Positions 47,273 through 60,443 of a stretch of 64,000 bases of DNA are shown here, in pieces (position 1 is the first letter of the stretch; every line of letters begins with the position of its first letter). Below the pieces are notes generated by a model. It searched no databases and was not told where the DNA came from. It saw nothing but the letters and a program-made list of their open reading frames with translations. The position numbers were made by a program, and so were the translations under genes. This DNA is from Trichosphaerium sp. ATCC 40318. Lineage: Eukaryota; Protista; Tubulinea. Where the stretch lies: NCBI GenBank assembly GCA_038496445.1, contig JALMLS010000455.1:744001-808000 (forward strand), given 5' to 3'.

Positions 47273-50200
47273 TCAATTGGAGACATCCATATCCTACAAA
47301 AAAAAATAAGAACACATAGAAGAAAAAAAACGAAAAAAAACGAAGAAAAACTCTGCCGGTCTCCAAAGAAAACAGCGTAGTGAATAAGCCCTTAAGCACT
47401 AGCAATGTAACTACTTGTGCTCAAGGCATCCAGAAAGCAAAAGAGAAGGAAGAAAGACCAAAAAAAAAAAAATCGGAAGTTTTCGATTTTTCTGACTTTA
47501 TGCCAGATAGAAAGCGTACCTCTGGTTCATCAGGAGAAATACATTGAGAAGGTCCTTGACCTGGTGGTGTAAAAGCAAAGAAATCTGTAGATGACCCTGA
47601 TGCTTCACTATCTCTTCTTGCACGCTTAAATGGTGGTGATACGCTACGTAAGAAAGAGTTTGCTATCTTAGGAGAATTGGAGATCTTTGGGGAAGGCATC
47701 TGAAAACTCATTGGCGATTGTGATGTGCTGTTATTCTCATCCTCACTTAATACTGCTAATAACGCTTGCATAGAATCACTACTACCTAAAAGGAAGAAGA
47801 AAAATCAGAAAAACGGAGAAAAATGGTTTTTCGAAAAAAAAGGATTGTGGCGGGTTTTATTCATTTCTTTTTGTGTCAAAGCACCCGCAACGGTGTTAAG
47901 ATTGTAAAGAGCAATAAATAAAGCAGAAAGAAACAAAGAAAGGGGACTTTCGTTTTTCCGCCGAGTAAAAAACTTTGTTTACTTGAAGAACACGTACCAG
48001 CGCTACGACCGCTCTTGTCTTCGTAATTGCCTGGAGAAGATGAAATAGAACCCATAGATCCGAATGATCCCATAGATCCAAGGGAACCAAGAGATCCAAG
48101 GGAATGAGACTCAGATTCTAATAAACTGCTACTTCTTCGTTTTTTTGTTTGAACTGCTTTTGATACTGGCACATAATTTGGGTCATTTTCACGACGTATA
48201 TCGATTGAAAACAATCCAGGTACTTCCATAACACATACTACTTGTCCAGCAGATGATTTAAGAGTAAATTTAAGACCATAGTTAGCCTTGATCCATCGGG
48301 ACTTCCATCTTTGTTTCGGGAGGTGATTTCTCACGAATTTTTTAATGCTCGTCCAGTTATTCAAATGGATATGCTTGAACTTGATGGAGATTGTATCGCT
48401 GTCGAATGCCTTTGAAGTCTCGTAGTATACACCGTTAGGTACAGTGATAGTCTTCCATGACGTCAAAGCAGCATCAACCTTAGAATCAGAGTCGTAACTC
48501 CAAATAAGACTGACTTCAACGAATCCTTCTGGAACCTTCATCTTATCGCGAAGTAACTTAATAGTAATGTGTGGCTTAATAACTTGAGTGCAGATTTGCA
48601 TTTTGTCTGGTGAGTCTACAAGCCTTATAAAGTCTATATGCATAGCGTCTGTCTGATGTTTAAGTCGTAAGAGGTTATTATGAAGGTATTTGAGTTGTTC
48701 AAGGTGGTCCATGTGTTGATTAGCTAACGTTGCAAGCGAAGCACTTGGTCCTGTTTGCATACGAAAGTCGGGATTACGCTATTAACAAAAACGTTAGACG
48801 AACCCTTCTACTCGCGGCAGAAAAAACGTACGATAATGCTGGCTGCATTTTGAGCGCCATAATAAACCCATTCTGACTTCAAAGGAGCAATTTGGGTTAG
48901 CTCTATCGTTGGAGAAAGAGAAAACAAACGAACGCAAGTTCTATACCAGCGAGGTACGTTATCCTACACAAAAAATAGTAAGCAAAAGAAATAAGAACAG
49001 ATTTAAACAAAAGGCGATCCAACAGCTAAGAGTCATTACTTAAAAAAACGTACAGTAGTGTTAGTAGCTTTACACTGCATTATCAACTCGCCATTTTCAA
49101 CGTGAAGCATCTGATCACCGAAAACGCGTAGAACAACTGGTGTTGTTGGTTGAGCCTGACTGATAGGTACAGACGGCGTTGGAACAGGGCCACAAGAGCC
49201 ATTGTAGGCTATAAACGAAGGTTAGCAGGGCAAGGACGCAAAGTAATAAAACTCACCTTGAAGCCAGCAAAACGCTATTAAAGGTGCATCTCCTGCACGC
49301 AGTCTAAGTAATTGTTGATTGACCACAGACTTAATCTTTACCGGATCACCATCATACAATGTCTGTTTTTGCCACCATTGCATAGCGTTACTAGTCGCAT
49401 TTGGTAATTCATCAACGACAAGCAAAAATCGATTATTCAACACTAAAAAGAAGTCAGTTACTGACTCATAAATCACTTTAAAGGAGTGGTATCCTATCTT
49501 GCGTTGTCTCTTAGACAACAACTCACCTTGCATGCCATCAGCCAAGAAACTAAACTCCACATATTTGTTATACCCGCATACCACTGTCTTTTCCATTGCG
49601 GCTTGTTTCTGGCCCATATTTTGTATTTTTTGTATTTGCTGTTGTGTCTCTACCATTTGTACTTGTATCTCTTGTTCCATGTTTGTAAAGTCTTGACGTG
49701 ACATTGCAACACCAGAAGTACCAGGAACACCAGAAGAAATTCCAGTATTACCTATAAAATTATGCCTTGTACTAAAGCAGTTCTTGGTAGGATCCTATGA
49801 AGCAAAATGTCAACGAGAGAAAGTAAACAAGTGAAAAAAATCTTTCGAGATAAAAGAGCAAGACAATTATCTGAAAAAGAGTTCTTTTGTTTTTAACGTA
49901 CAGGGACACCACGACGCATTGTCGTCATTAAACCACGTCTATAAGGTTGACCTGGCATACCTTTTTTATGTAGAGAGAAAGCGCCACGACCTTACTCGAG
50001 TCAGTTTGTTTCAAACTCGTTATGAGATTGGAATAAAAAAGGAATGTATCATCCAAAAATAGCTTTTGACTACTAAGGACTGTACACGAAAATCTTACCC
50101 AAAGGAGAAGCAAACTGTGGACTAGGAGAACTCATCTTTGGTGAAGAAATTTGAGCATTACGTGATGCAGCCTGAAGGAATAAAAGTTAATAACTATTGT

Positions 50201-51799
50201 TCGAGTATTTGGCTTGGATTCCGCGTGAAAACAAATGCATTGGTATCGCACCTGTGCTACTGATGAGTAAGCAGAGTATCGAGCTGCTGGAGGTGTTTGT
50301 TGCATAGTTTTTGCTTTTTGTTTAGACGCAGCAGCGCGCATATTCCTACGGTTCTCCATCTTTGCGCGTACAGTCTCATGAGAGCGATTATTCTGCAACA
50401 CAAGGTAAATATTCGTGAATGGGAGTAGTTTTTCAAAACAGACTTTTACCAAAAAAAAAACCACCAAAACAACTGTTCATCTAGCACGTACTGCGCCTTT
50501 TATATGATTACGTTGTTCATCCCGTCTGATAAACAGATAAAACTTGTTAGACTCGAGCGGTTTGCATTCACCCCAGTAGAAGCGTAACCAAAACCTTTTT
50601 GGAAAAAAAAGAGTTAGTATTTTGTACCCAATCCAAAAACAGTGAGAATCAACAAAAAAAAAAAAAATAGTTTACTACAGGTTTTTTTGTGGTACATAAA
50701 ACAGTACACTAAAAAAAGTTGGGTAAAACCCACATGAAAAAGAAAAAAAAACGAAGGCAAAGAAAGGTAGTAGGAAGATCGTCTATCGATAATTTTTTTT
50801 CTCTTGGTTTTTTGGCGGTACCTTGGCTTAGTCTTTCTATCACAAGGATATAAAGGTAACTTATCATTGTAAATATTCTCCTTTTTGAGTTTCGTAATAG
50901 GATTTATCATAACCTTGTAGTGCGCTGTATTGTGCTTTATTTGGAACCTCTGTAACTCTATACCACTCTTAAACTCATATTCCTTAGAGTCCAAGGTCTC
51001 ACAAACCAGACGAACGCCTTGACAAAGAGTTAAGAACAAAATTCAAAAAAACCGGAAAAAAAAAGAGTTCAAATATTTCACAGAATGTTCGTTTGAATAC
51101 CCGTAGAAGTATTTCCTTGATCGTGGCATAAAAAAAAAGGGCAAATTTTCACAAAAAAACCAAAAAAAAAAAAAAGCATCCAAATCCGAACAAAACTTAC
51201 TGACTGGAGGATCTTGATTACATGTTACTGCTAGTTCATCTTTTATAGCAATAGATACCTACAGGTTTTTGTTTTTGTTAAAAGCGTGTTTTTTGCGTCG
51301 TTTTGGTAGATAGCTTGTACTAGCTATCTACTAGCGTTTATTTATTGTAGTATATCGTACCTTTATATTAGTCTTAAGAACCTGATAAAGGGCTGGTTGT
51401 TCGCGAATAACGCCCCACTCCTTCGACATGTTCAAACTGACTGAACGTACAGGTGTGGGCACATTTGTGATGGTGTTGGGAAGAGCTACAATAATAATTT
51501 TTTTTGAGTATTAATCGAGCGTAACAAAGGGCGTTCAAATTTACAAATGAGGGTGTTATTACCTGTGGGGCTGGCGCCTCTCCACGCATTCTTCCATGTC
51601 GTATTCGCTTGAATTGGTGCTGACGCAAACGAAAACTACCCAAACGTTGGCGAATTCGAACCATTTAAAAAGAAATACAATGCAAAACGCATTTTGATCA
51701 TTTACCAAATAGAAAAAAAAAAACCAAAAAATGCCAAAAAATTCAACTTACCTTACTGAGATTCATGTCTAGCGTATTTATGCCCGGTGTTGCTGACAT
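47273..51799 (-). CDS. Multi-exon protein; putative transcription factor with two Ig-fold (STAT/CudA/RHR-like) regions flanking a beta-trefoil-like region
   Basis: ATG at 51799 to TGA at 47273. Beta-rich domains (VIREQPALYQVLK..RFWLRFYWGECKPLESNKFYLFIRR; VIKPHITIKL..IKFKHI..YGLKFTL..LFSIDIRR), Q-rich and S/P-rich linkers, and an NLS-like PPFKRARR. The gene is well supported; the fold assignment is tentative. Confidence 0.6.
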
Positions 51800-52623
51800 T
51801 ATGGCTTCTTGAGTATTTTAACTAGCACACCGTCAGATCGCGTTGCAATTGCCGAGGAGGTTGGCAGTAAACGTTTAACACCGCCGTGACGTTATGCATG
51901 CACAAAATAACCACCCAGATGACAATAAAAGTACAAACAAAGATATTCTCTGAGATTCTCTGGGAATCACTCTGCGTAGGTAAAATAACCTCCAAAACAC
52001 GCAAATACATAGACGACGTATATTCACGCGGTACTTTTAGCATGTACATACCTGCAAGTGAGTACTCCTCAGTGAAATGTGAAGAAGCCTCTAAAACGGC
52101 ACTGACGCTAGTCTAGGTTGTATACCTTACGTCTCTTTGATGAATACGTAGCCTGAAGGCAAGCCCAAGGCCTGGTTCATTATCTAGGCACCAAAATTCT
52201 GCGCAAAACTGTGCATTAAACAGGAAATTTCGGATTTTTTCGGCACTTTTTTACGTTTCGTACGGGTTTCTAAAAGTGACGCCCACGCTAGTGTGCGCTT
52301 GTTTTTTACTGTATAAAATGGGCTGTAAATAACTGCAGTATTTTATCGTTTATTGCTCAGACGACTTTGTTTCCTTGTCTGGGTATTTGACATTTACCTT
52401 CGTTAGTAGCGAGCGCTTCGAAAGGTGCATATAGACTAAATATACGCGCCTAGATAAGATTTTTTTTCATGAAGTTGAAGAACGTTGTGGAAAGTTTACA
52501 CCTTGTTTTTTAGAAGTACACAACTCTATTGTTTGTCTGTAACGCGTAAGCGATACTCTGGGCATTGATTTCTACTGTTTTGGCAAAGGCTACTAAACAA
52601 CAAACATAGTATAATCATACAAC

Positions 52624-55600
52624 ATGGCACAGGTCTTAAGACAAGCTGCTGGGAAAGGTGACGCCATAAAGGTACAAATTACCAAAAAATGTTTTTGGTA
52701 ACTGTTACAGGTTGCGGAAGCGCTCAATTCAACAAGGGATATCAATTTAAAAGACAGATTTGGCTATACAGCGCTTCATTGGGCTTGTATGCGTGGGAGA
52801 GTTGAAGTACGCAGTATTTCTACTGTAGGCTTTCAATAACGCTCTTAGGTTGTAACAGCGCTTCTTTCAGCAGGATCGGATCCCAACCTAACGTACGACT
52901 GTTTTACTTATCACTAGCTAGGCTACCACGCATACACGCGCTTTTGTACCCAAAACGAGAATCTCAATTTAATTTGTAGCGATAATAATGGACAAACGCC
53001 TATGCATTGGTGCGCTGAGCGAGGACACGAAACAGCACTAAAATTACTACTTCAGGCACGATTCCGTTTCACCTTTTTTTTTTTGACGTAGAAATGCGCT
53101 ATAACACTCTGTTGTACTCGCAAAGCACCCACAAACTATGCACTACTAACGTTACATTAGTGTAACAAAGTTGACGTGAACATACAAAACGTTTATGGCC
53201 AAACACCTCTACATATTGCTTCAGCTCTTGGTGTTTCAAAGGTAGAATGTTCTCTACTTGTCTCCTAAATACTAATCCCGACTAAGATCATTACAATGCT
53301 ACACAACGCTGGTTGTGATGCTAATCTATCTAATGGAGATGGTTGGAGTCCTTTACATGGTAACTGAAGCATCAAATTTGTAGTTTTGTTTTCTCGATGC
53401 AACAACTTCATAAAGTTCTGATTTTTAATGATTTTCAAATGTAATCCCTTTCGTCATCTTGTGAAGTTAATGATGTATAGTCGCTATATTTTACAAAAGA
53501 AATGATGCTATACAATTATTACTTGATAACAAGGCTAATGTTAACAAGGTACGGTGAGAGGAAGTTCAACATCTTAATGAGTCATTTTTTTCGTCTTGCT
53601 TTTCTTAGTTCTATTATTGTTGACTTTCTTACTAATAGGCTAACAACCTGGGCATTACTCCATTACATATATGTGCCATACAAGGAAATGGGACACTCAT
53701 AGAGGTTTTAGCATCCAAGTATGGAGCTTTAGTAAATAGCAGATGTAATAAAGGCAGAACACCTCTTCATTTGGCTGTAGAAGAGAATAATAAGGTAAAA
53801 TAATACTAAGAAAGCTTCTGTAGTACTACTTACTGACTCTACGATAGGAAGCAATAAAAGCGCTTATAAAACAAGGAGCTGATATCGGTACGTTTTTAGT
53901 TCAAATAGGAGAAAGTGTTGTTCTTTAATTTTGTTCTGTTACTTTATTGTACGCCCTTACATACTTTGTCTTACGTTTAGATATCGCTGATTTCACAGGA
54001 AAAACACCTAATGATATGGCATCAAAAGATATGAGGCACATATTCACTAGCACTGCTATGAATTGTACGTGTGTTTTTCTCGTTAATGACATCTTGTAGT
54101 TTTTTTTAACCCTTTTAGCGAGCACTGTTGCTCAAAATTGTACAGCGGCGGGTAAAGGTCTTACCGATGCAGTGATAGGTGTGTTTCCACAATTAAAATA
54201 ACGCACCATTCTGAGTTATCTTTAGCTGATGAGTCAACGTTTTTTGTACAAACAAGGGATCAGAAATTGCAACCTATAAAAGCGGGTACTGTGTTGAATT
54301 AAGAATTTTTTTCCTACGATTAGGCTACTTCTGACATATCTTTAGTTGGTGAACCTTTTGTTGTTGAGGTTATAAGTCTAGCTGGAGATAATGCTGCTAC
54401 TGTCGAGGTTACTGATTTGAAGAATGGTAAATACCAGTACGTTTTTCTTGTTTGTTTGAAGTACAAATTTCTTATTTTTTTCTTACTTCCCTTGTTGTTC
54501 TTTTGTGTTATGCACCTTGGTTGCTAATGTACTTGTAGAGTTGTGTATAAACCTATTGTTCCAGGTGCACATGAGATAAATGTGACATTAAATGGAATAC
54601 ATGTACAAGGTAGTCCATGGAAGATTAAAGTCACTTCTTATGCTACTATGAGAAGAAGGAAAAAACGGTACACTCGTGGCATCTCTGCCTCATTACTTCG
54701 AACCTTGATAGCTAATATTCAAAAAAGGGCTATGCCAGATATTGAAGAGATTGCTTTACAGATGGACGAAATGACAGACATACCAAACTCGTGCGTTGCG
54801 TGAAATACGAAACTGAAAAAAAGTTAAAAGATGGCAACTTGTTGTTTTTATTAGTTTTGTAAATGACTTCCTGACCTCCTTATTCTGTTTAGAGCGAACA
54901 CTTCACCTAAATTAAATCGGTTATCTCATAGATACTCTCCAAATGAGTCTATACAGAAACTGACTAAACTGGAGAGCGTTACTGATATGAGAATTGAAAA
55001 ATACGCTGAACGTGATGATAGTCTTGCTGGATCTCCTGAATCAAATACTAGATTCAGTAGATACTCAACAGATTTACTAGAAGGAAAAAGAAGTAAACTT
55101 CAAGGTACGGTATTACACACTAAGCAAGTTCAAGCGAAAGCAAAAGAAAATGTCACGTGACGTTTTTTTAGCACTAAGATTTTTTTGAGTTTTTTTTTTT
55201 GATTTTTATCTTTTAGTTGAGAATGCGAGTCTTAGAGGTATCTTAACAACAAAGGATAAAAAGATACATAGTCTAGAACTAAGAATGAAACAATTACAAC
55301 TGAGACAACGTGTTGATTCTATTACAACTACTAAAGAGAGAGAAACAACTGATTATGTTCTTGCTCAAATGGAAGCAAAATTAGCTGTGCAGACAAAAGA
55401 AGTTACAGTACGTTATCTCAGATTCTTCGCTTTTTTTACTCTTCAATAATGATCCCAATATTATTATTATACGTCGCTACGTCATCTCCGCGAGCTATTA
55501 ACAACATTTACAAGATAGCGCAGGAGGCTGCAATGCAGCAATTTTTTGTAACTTATTAGTTGATCTTTAATTTTTTTTGTGGCAATGTTTCCTCGTTTAC

Positions 55601-56260
55601 TTGTTATGCTAACTCCTTTACCCCATAGGATTCTCTTAATAAAAAGATCGATTCATTAGAATCCGAGGTTTCTAGAACTAAGGTAGCATTAGAAACTTGT
55701 AATGATGTGAAGGCAAGTCTTCGAAAGGAGAACACTTCATTGAAGCTTAGCTGTAACGCACTTAAAGAAAGAGCCAGTACGATGATTTTCTGTCTTTGCA
55801 TGTTGCAAAGATTTATCACGTGTTTTTTTTTGTATTAATAGTATTTTTCTTCAGAAGACTTTGTTGATGCTGAGAAAAACAAGGCGTTGCTTGATTCGCT
55901 TGTACAAACTCTTCAAAGTAAGCTTGACACAGAAACAGAAAAAGTTCGAAAACTTCAAATAGAAGTTGCTGCAAAGACAAGGGAAGTTGAAATAGAGAGG
56001 GAGAAGAATGCAATCAACCATGTATGTATCCAATACTATTCACAAACTTTGAAACAAATACTTTATGAGGTGTTCCGAAGACAACACTTTTTTTTCTTAC
56101 TTTTTGCTTATGTTGGTTTTTTTAGGATTTCATCTTACTACTTCCTTCCTTGCAACTCATACCAGGTAATAAGTTACAACCGCATGTTAAAACATGCCCA
56201 GTTACTGGTGTTAAAATCACTGGATATATTAAAGCACATTTACCTGATAGTTCAGTATGA
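52624..56260 (+). CDS. Ankyrin-repeat + filamin (ABP280) repeat + coiled-coil protein
   Basis: Ankyrin motifs FGYTALHWAC, NGQTPMHWCA, YGQTPLHIA, DGWSPLH, LGITPLHIC and KGRTPLHLA; filamin repeat NCTAAGKGL..DLKNGKY|VVYKPIVPGAHEINVTLNGIHVQGSPWKIKV; heptad-rich C-terminal exons; TGA at 56260. Confidence 0.85.
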
Positions 56261-56299
56261 ACTCCAAAAAGAGAAAAAAAAAGTAATAAAAAGTCGCTT

Positions 56300-56610
56300 T
56301 GATTTTCTTTTAGTTGACCTTAGTTTCTCCATCTTTTACATTCATCCTCTTTCTATTCTTCCAGTATTCCATTGTTGTGATACTTCATGTACTCACTGCG
56401 GTTCACCTGTCTTGACAATTCTAATACCATTCTGGGTCCATTCTTTTACAAGTGGCTCAGCCCTGTCATCAGTCCGTCCTTGTAACACTCTTCGTACTCC
56501 TTCAATCTTATCATCAACCATGCTCCAAGATTGTTATTATCACGAAGACTTACCTCCTTCTATACCATTACAACTATTCCTATTTCATGCAGATTCAGTG
56601 CCGTGTTTTT
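56300..56610 (-). pseudogene. Decayed MORN-variant repeat gene
   Basis: Fragments in shifting frames with stops: EKHGTESA*NRN, MVDDKIEG, CYKDGLMTG, KEWTQNG, EYMKYHNNGIL, ECKRWRN*GQLK. Confidence 0.6.
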
Positions 56611-57325
56611 CGTGCTTTTGAAGTAAATCAAAGTTAGATGTGATGTGCTTGTGTCACCTAAACGAAATAAAGTTTCACTACTACTAGCAGTTTTTTTGTT
56701 TACAAGTATTTTTTAAACCAGTTCTTTTTGCCAACACTCACTGACGTTGCTTTCTGCATCTTTTAAAATTTGTCACCCATTTCACTACTTTAAGCAAAAC
56801 ATCACAGATCACGGGCACTATGTTCCTCTATTCTCACAGAATCCAAGTGGATTCTTTGTATTCATAGTTATATTCACAACTCACATCGTTGTGGCTTTCC
56901 CTTTTGAAGGTGAGTTATGCTACATGCTATTTCTAAAAACAGCTGGTACAGTTAAAGAAATAGAAACTCGCTATTGGTGCTATTAAGAGCGGACAACTGT
57001 TTTGAAGTGTATAGCATCTGAGCATCCAAATTTATCAAGCTGGTATTTCTCGTATGGTGTGCATACGCTTAGAGCAAAATCATTCTGATAACTCTAAAAA
57101 TACGACAAGGTGTTATACATATGTGCAATAACATGTGATAGTTTCAAAAACAGCAATAGTGTTGTAACGAAGAAAATGCACCTAGGAGTCCTGACGATTC
57201 TTTATTCGTGATGTGTGCTGTATCCATAATTCTTAACAAGCAATGTAACCTATCAACATACACAAGTTTATTTTTATTTACCAACAAACGAAGTAATCGA
57301 AAACTAATTGGATATGTATTTTTTT

Positions 57326-58303
57326 TCAGTTGTGTTTTTTTCGTCTTTTAAACAATTGCCCTGTCTTGGTATGTTTATGTTTTATATAGTCTGTGCCTAC
57401 CAAGGCCTCCATACCATTATATGTTATGTTGTTGCATAAATGCAATTCGATAGTGTGTACTCCTACCAACGCCTTCAAACCTTCATCTGTAACTTTTGTA
57501 TTTGACAAGTTAATTGAATGTACTCCAGCTAATGCTTTGACACCCTCATCTGTTATTTCACGGCAATGCATGAGGTTAATAGTGTGTACACCTGCTAATA
57601 CCTTCAAGCCTTCATCTGTAACGTTTGTATCTTGCAAATTTATTGCATGTACTCCAGTTAATGCTCTGACACCCTCATCTGTAACTTTTGTATCTTGCAA
57701 ATTTATTTCATATACTCCAGTTAATACTTTGACACCCTCATCTGTAACATTTGTATTTGACAAGTTAATTTCATGTACTCCAGCTAATGCTTTGACACCC
57801 TCATCTGTTATTTCACAGCAAAACCTGAGGTTAATAGTGTGTACTCCTGCCAATGACTTCAAACTTTCATCTGTAACATTTGTATGTTCCAAATTAATAT
57901 CATGTACTCCAGCTAATGCTTTGATACCCTCACATGTTATTTCATAGACAAAATTGAGGTTAATAGTGTGTACTCCTGCAAATAAACGCAAGTCACTGTC
58001 GGTTGGTGCAAATCGTCCGAAACAAATTGGTGTATTTTGCAGTAACGGACTACCAGAAAGCAATGAAACTCCGTGCTCGCAATTAACCATGATTTTATTG
58101 TATCCAACATGGTTATGAACGATATCACGGAGAAAGTGGCAAGTTTGGGCTGAAGGGAGTGTATATTTCCCTTGCTTCAGAATATGAACTATTAATTCAA
58201 CTGGAAGTGAAATAAGGTCAAATACGCCTTGATCTGTATTTTCTGTGTTAACCAGATTGTCTAAATGACGTTTGTATTTGCGGATATGATAAGCGCTTTT
58301 CAT
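57326..58303 (-). CDS. Intronless F-box + leucine-rich repeat protein
   Basis: DLISLPVELIVHIL..AQTCHFLRDIV F-box, then about nine 21-22-aa repeats LAGVHxINLxxTxVTDEGVKA. The likely ATG is at 58303; the ORF-track extension upstream looks non-coding. Confidence 0.85.
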   Translation of the reverse strand: MKSAYHIRKYKRHLDNLVNTENTDQGVFDLISLPVELIVHILKQGKYTLPSAQTCHFLRDIVHNHVGYNKIMVNCEHGVSLLSGSPLLQNTPICFGRFAPTDSDLRLFAGVHTINLNFVYEITCEGIKALAGVHDINLEHTNVTDESLKSLAGVHTINLRFCCEITDEGVKALAGVHEINLSNTNVTDEGVKVLTGVYEINLQDTKVTDEGVRALTGVHAINLQDTNVTDEGLKVLAGVHTINLMHCREITDEGVKALAGVHSINLSNTKVTDEGLKALVGVHTIELHLCNNITYNGMEALVGTDYIKHKHTKTGQLFKRRKKHN

Positions 58304-59344
58304 TTCGTTGTAATACTTGGCTTGGCGGTAGGCTGTAGCTTCGTTGTCAATAAAATATGCAGCAACTACAGTACTGTAGTACGGTAAACAGAGAAATACG
58401 TTGACAATGTAGTGGTGACGTTTTTTTGACAATATGAGCACGCCACGTGATTTTTTTTTTACTGTCTCAAAACCACTTTTTATTACTTTCCACGCGTAGA
58501 AATAGATAACACTTGAGGTAAAACATTTTAACATAATTTTGTAGTTTTGATCTGTCGCTGTGGCTGAAAATTGTCTCATACGTTGTGAGGATGTTAAAAA
58601 ATGGTTTTGGGACAGTAATAAGACCGTAATTTGTACCATATTGTAGCCATAAAAGCTAGAAGATTATATCTGAAAAAACTGAGAAATTTTTTTTATCCAA
58701 TATGTCGACGAATTTTGTAGATCTATCAGTTTGGAACAATATAAATAAGACGTTTCACTCAAATCTAATCTAGCAGATGAACCACTCGATTTTTTGTCTA
58801 GCACAACTGTGAATTTTCCAGAACTACAACTGTAGCTATGGTTCGAAGTCATTCTCTGTAGAGAATGCAAGTATGTTAACTGTGCCCTGTTCGGTATGTT
58901 GTCTGAATGCGCAAAGTATATAAAGTTAATAACTGCCGAAGGCCTAGACTTTCAAATTCCCAATGTAAGAAGAAGTGTGTTTCATGTTAGATCAGTTTTT
59001 GGCTAGAGAGGTTCCTTTACGATTGACCCTAACGAAAAACCCCACCTACTACTACTAAACCAATCAAAACGGTGTCGGAATGTGGTTCTACACTGTTTAG
59101 AAGCATTCATGGCTCGATGCAATGATTTGTTTTGAACATTATGGAATAGACAAATCACGTGCCACCTATTGCTTGCAAACGAGATTTAGGTTTACGTCAG
59201 TGCATAACATTGTTGACTCACAAGGGTATTTAACAGTCAACGTCTAAAATAACTAAACATGTAGCTACTTAGACAAGTTTGAAAGCTACCTCTTCTAACC
59301 AAAGTTGAGAATGTCAAGTTTAGGTATTGTCCTTAAGGGGGGAC

Positions 59345-59765
59345 GTCCTCGAATGGATTACTTTCATTGACCATTGGCAGCGTATCTCGTAACATGTGCC
59401 ACCTGAACATGATCAAATTCTGAATTCATGTGAATTATACTAAATCACGTGAATAGTATGTATAGGCCCTCGAACCAATTACTTTCGTTGACCATTGGCA
59501 GCGAGTGTAATTACACTTACTTTATACTAAATCATGTGAATAGCGTGTGTTGTAAATAAGAAATGAACAATAGGCCCTTAAACCAATTATTTTAGTTGAC
59601 AGTTGGCAGCGAGTGTAATTACACTTTTATTGTGACCATAACCTAAATTATATACCTAGCCTAGTAAACTGTGATCTGGTATCACAGTTTGCGTCTATTG
59701 AGGGATCTGGTTCTCCAACAATATGAATAATAGTTTTAAGTGTTGCAGATTAGGCCCTCGAAGTA
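59345..59765. repeat. Tandem ~110-bp repeat (3 units plus a partial unit)
   Basis: Core taggccctcgaaccaattactttcgttgaccattggcagcg at ~59347, 59463 and 59571, partial at 59752. Units 2 and 3 carry the palindrome agtgtaattacact. Confidence 0.8.
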
Positions 59766-59771
59766 GATTAA

Positions 59772-60227
59772 GGGACGCTGAGAAGGAATGACCTTAGCCC
59801 CACGGGCATCTTCGGGCTTTAAACCCATCTAAAATCGCGTAAAAATGCTGAAAAATAGGATAGCGAACTGTGTAAATTGATTACTTGAGTTCAAATGCCC
59901 GAAATTTCATTTTTGCCAACTTTTTGAGACGCATTTTAGGTGTGTAGAGCAAATTCGTTATTTTTTGGCTTTCAAATTGAGACGATTGAAAGTAAAACGA
60001 ACATGTACTACATGTGTAGATGCTATGGGTAACGTAGTTTTGAACAAATGTGTTTTGAACAGAAAGATTGAAAAATGCAGTCGTTTTTTGAAAAAAAGCT
60101 TTTGCAACAAAAAACGTCACAAAGGCACACGCTAAAAGTTGGGTTTTTCAAAAGCCCTCATGTCAAAGATATAGGCCCGAAAATTTGAGCCGATTTGAAC
60201 AATTTCTGCACATCTCAGCGTGCCCCC
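59772..60227. mobile_element. MITE-like element with GG..CC termini flanked by TTAA (Kolobok-like)
   Basis: Left ttaa-gggacgctgaga, right tctcagcgtgccccc-ttaa. The TIR is short and imperfect. Confidence 0.6.
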
Positions 60228-60443
60228 TTAATTCAAAGGTAAAGTCAAGTGAAGAAGATGCAGGCTTTTGCGCTTTCCCATAAAGTCTACTTACTTGTAT
60301 ATCCGTCACTTTGCCTTACTCTAGGAAGTAATATTTTTTGTACGTTGGTTAACTTGAAAGTGTATTCAGAGAACATCCCTTGCTAATGTCTGTTCAGGGA
60401 ACGTGCTCTGGTTATCACACAATCAAAATATCATTGCTTGGGG

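Noticed and set aside
59345-59765. CRISPR-like array
   Set aside because: Eukaryotic context, degenerate repeats, related rather than unique spacers, and no cas genes.
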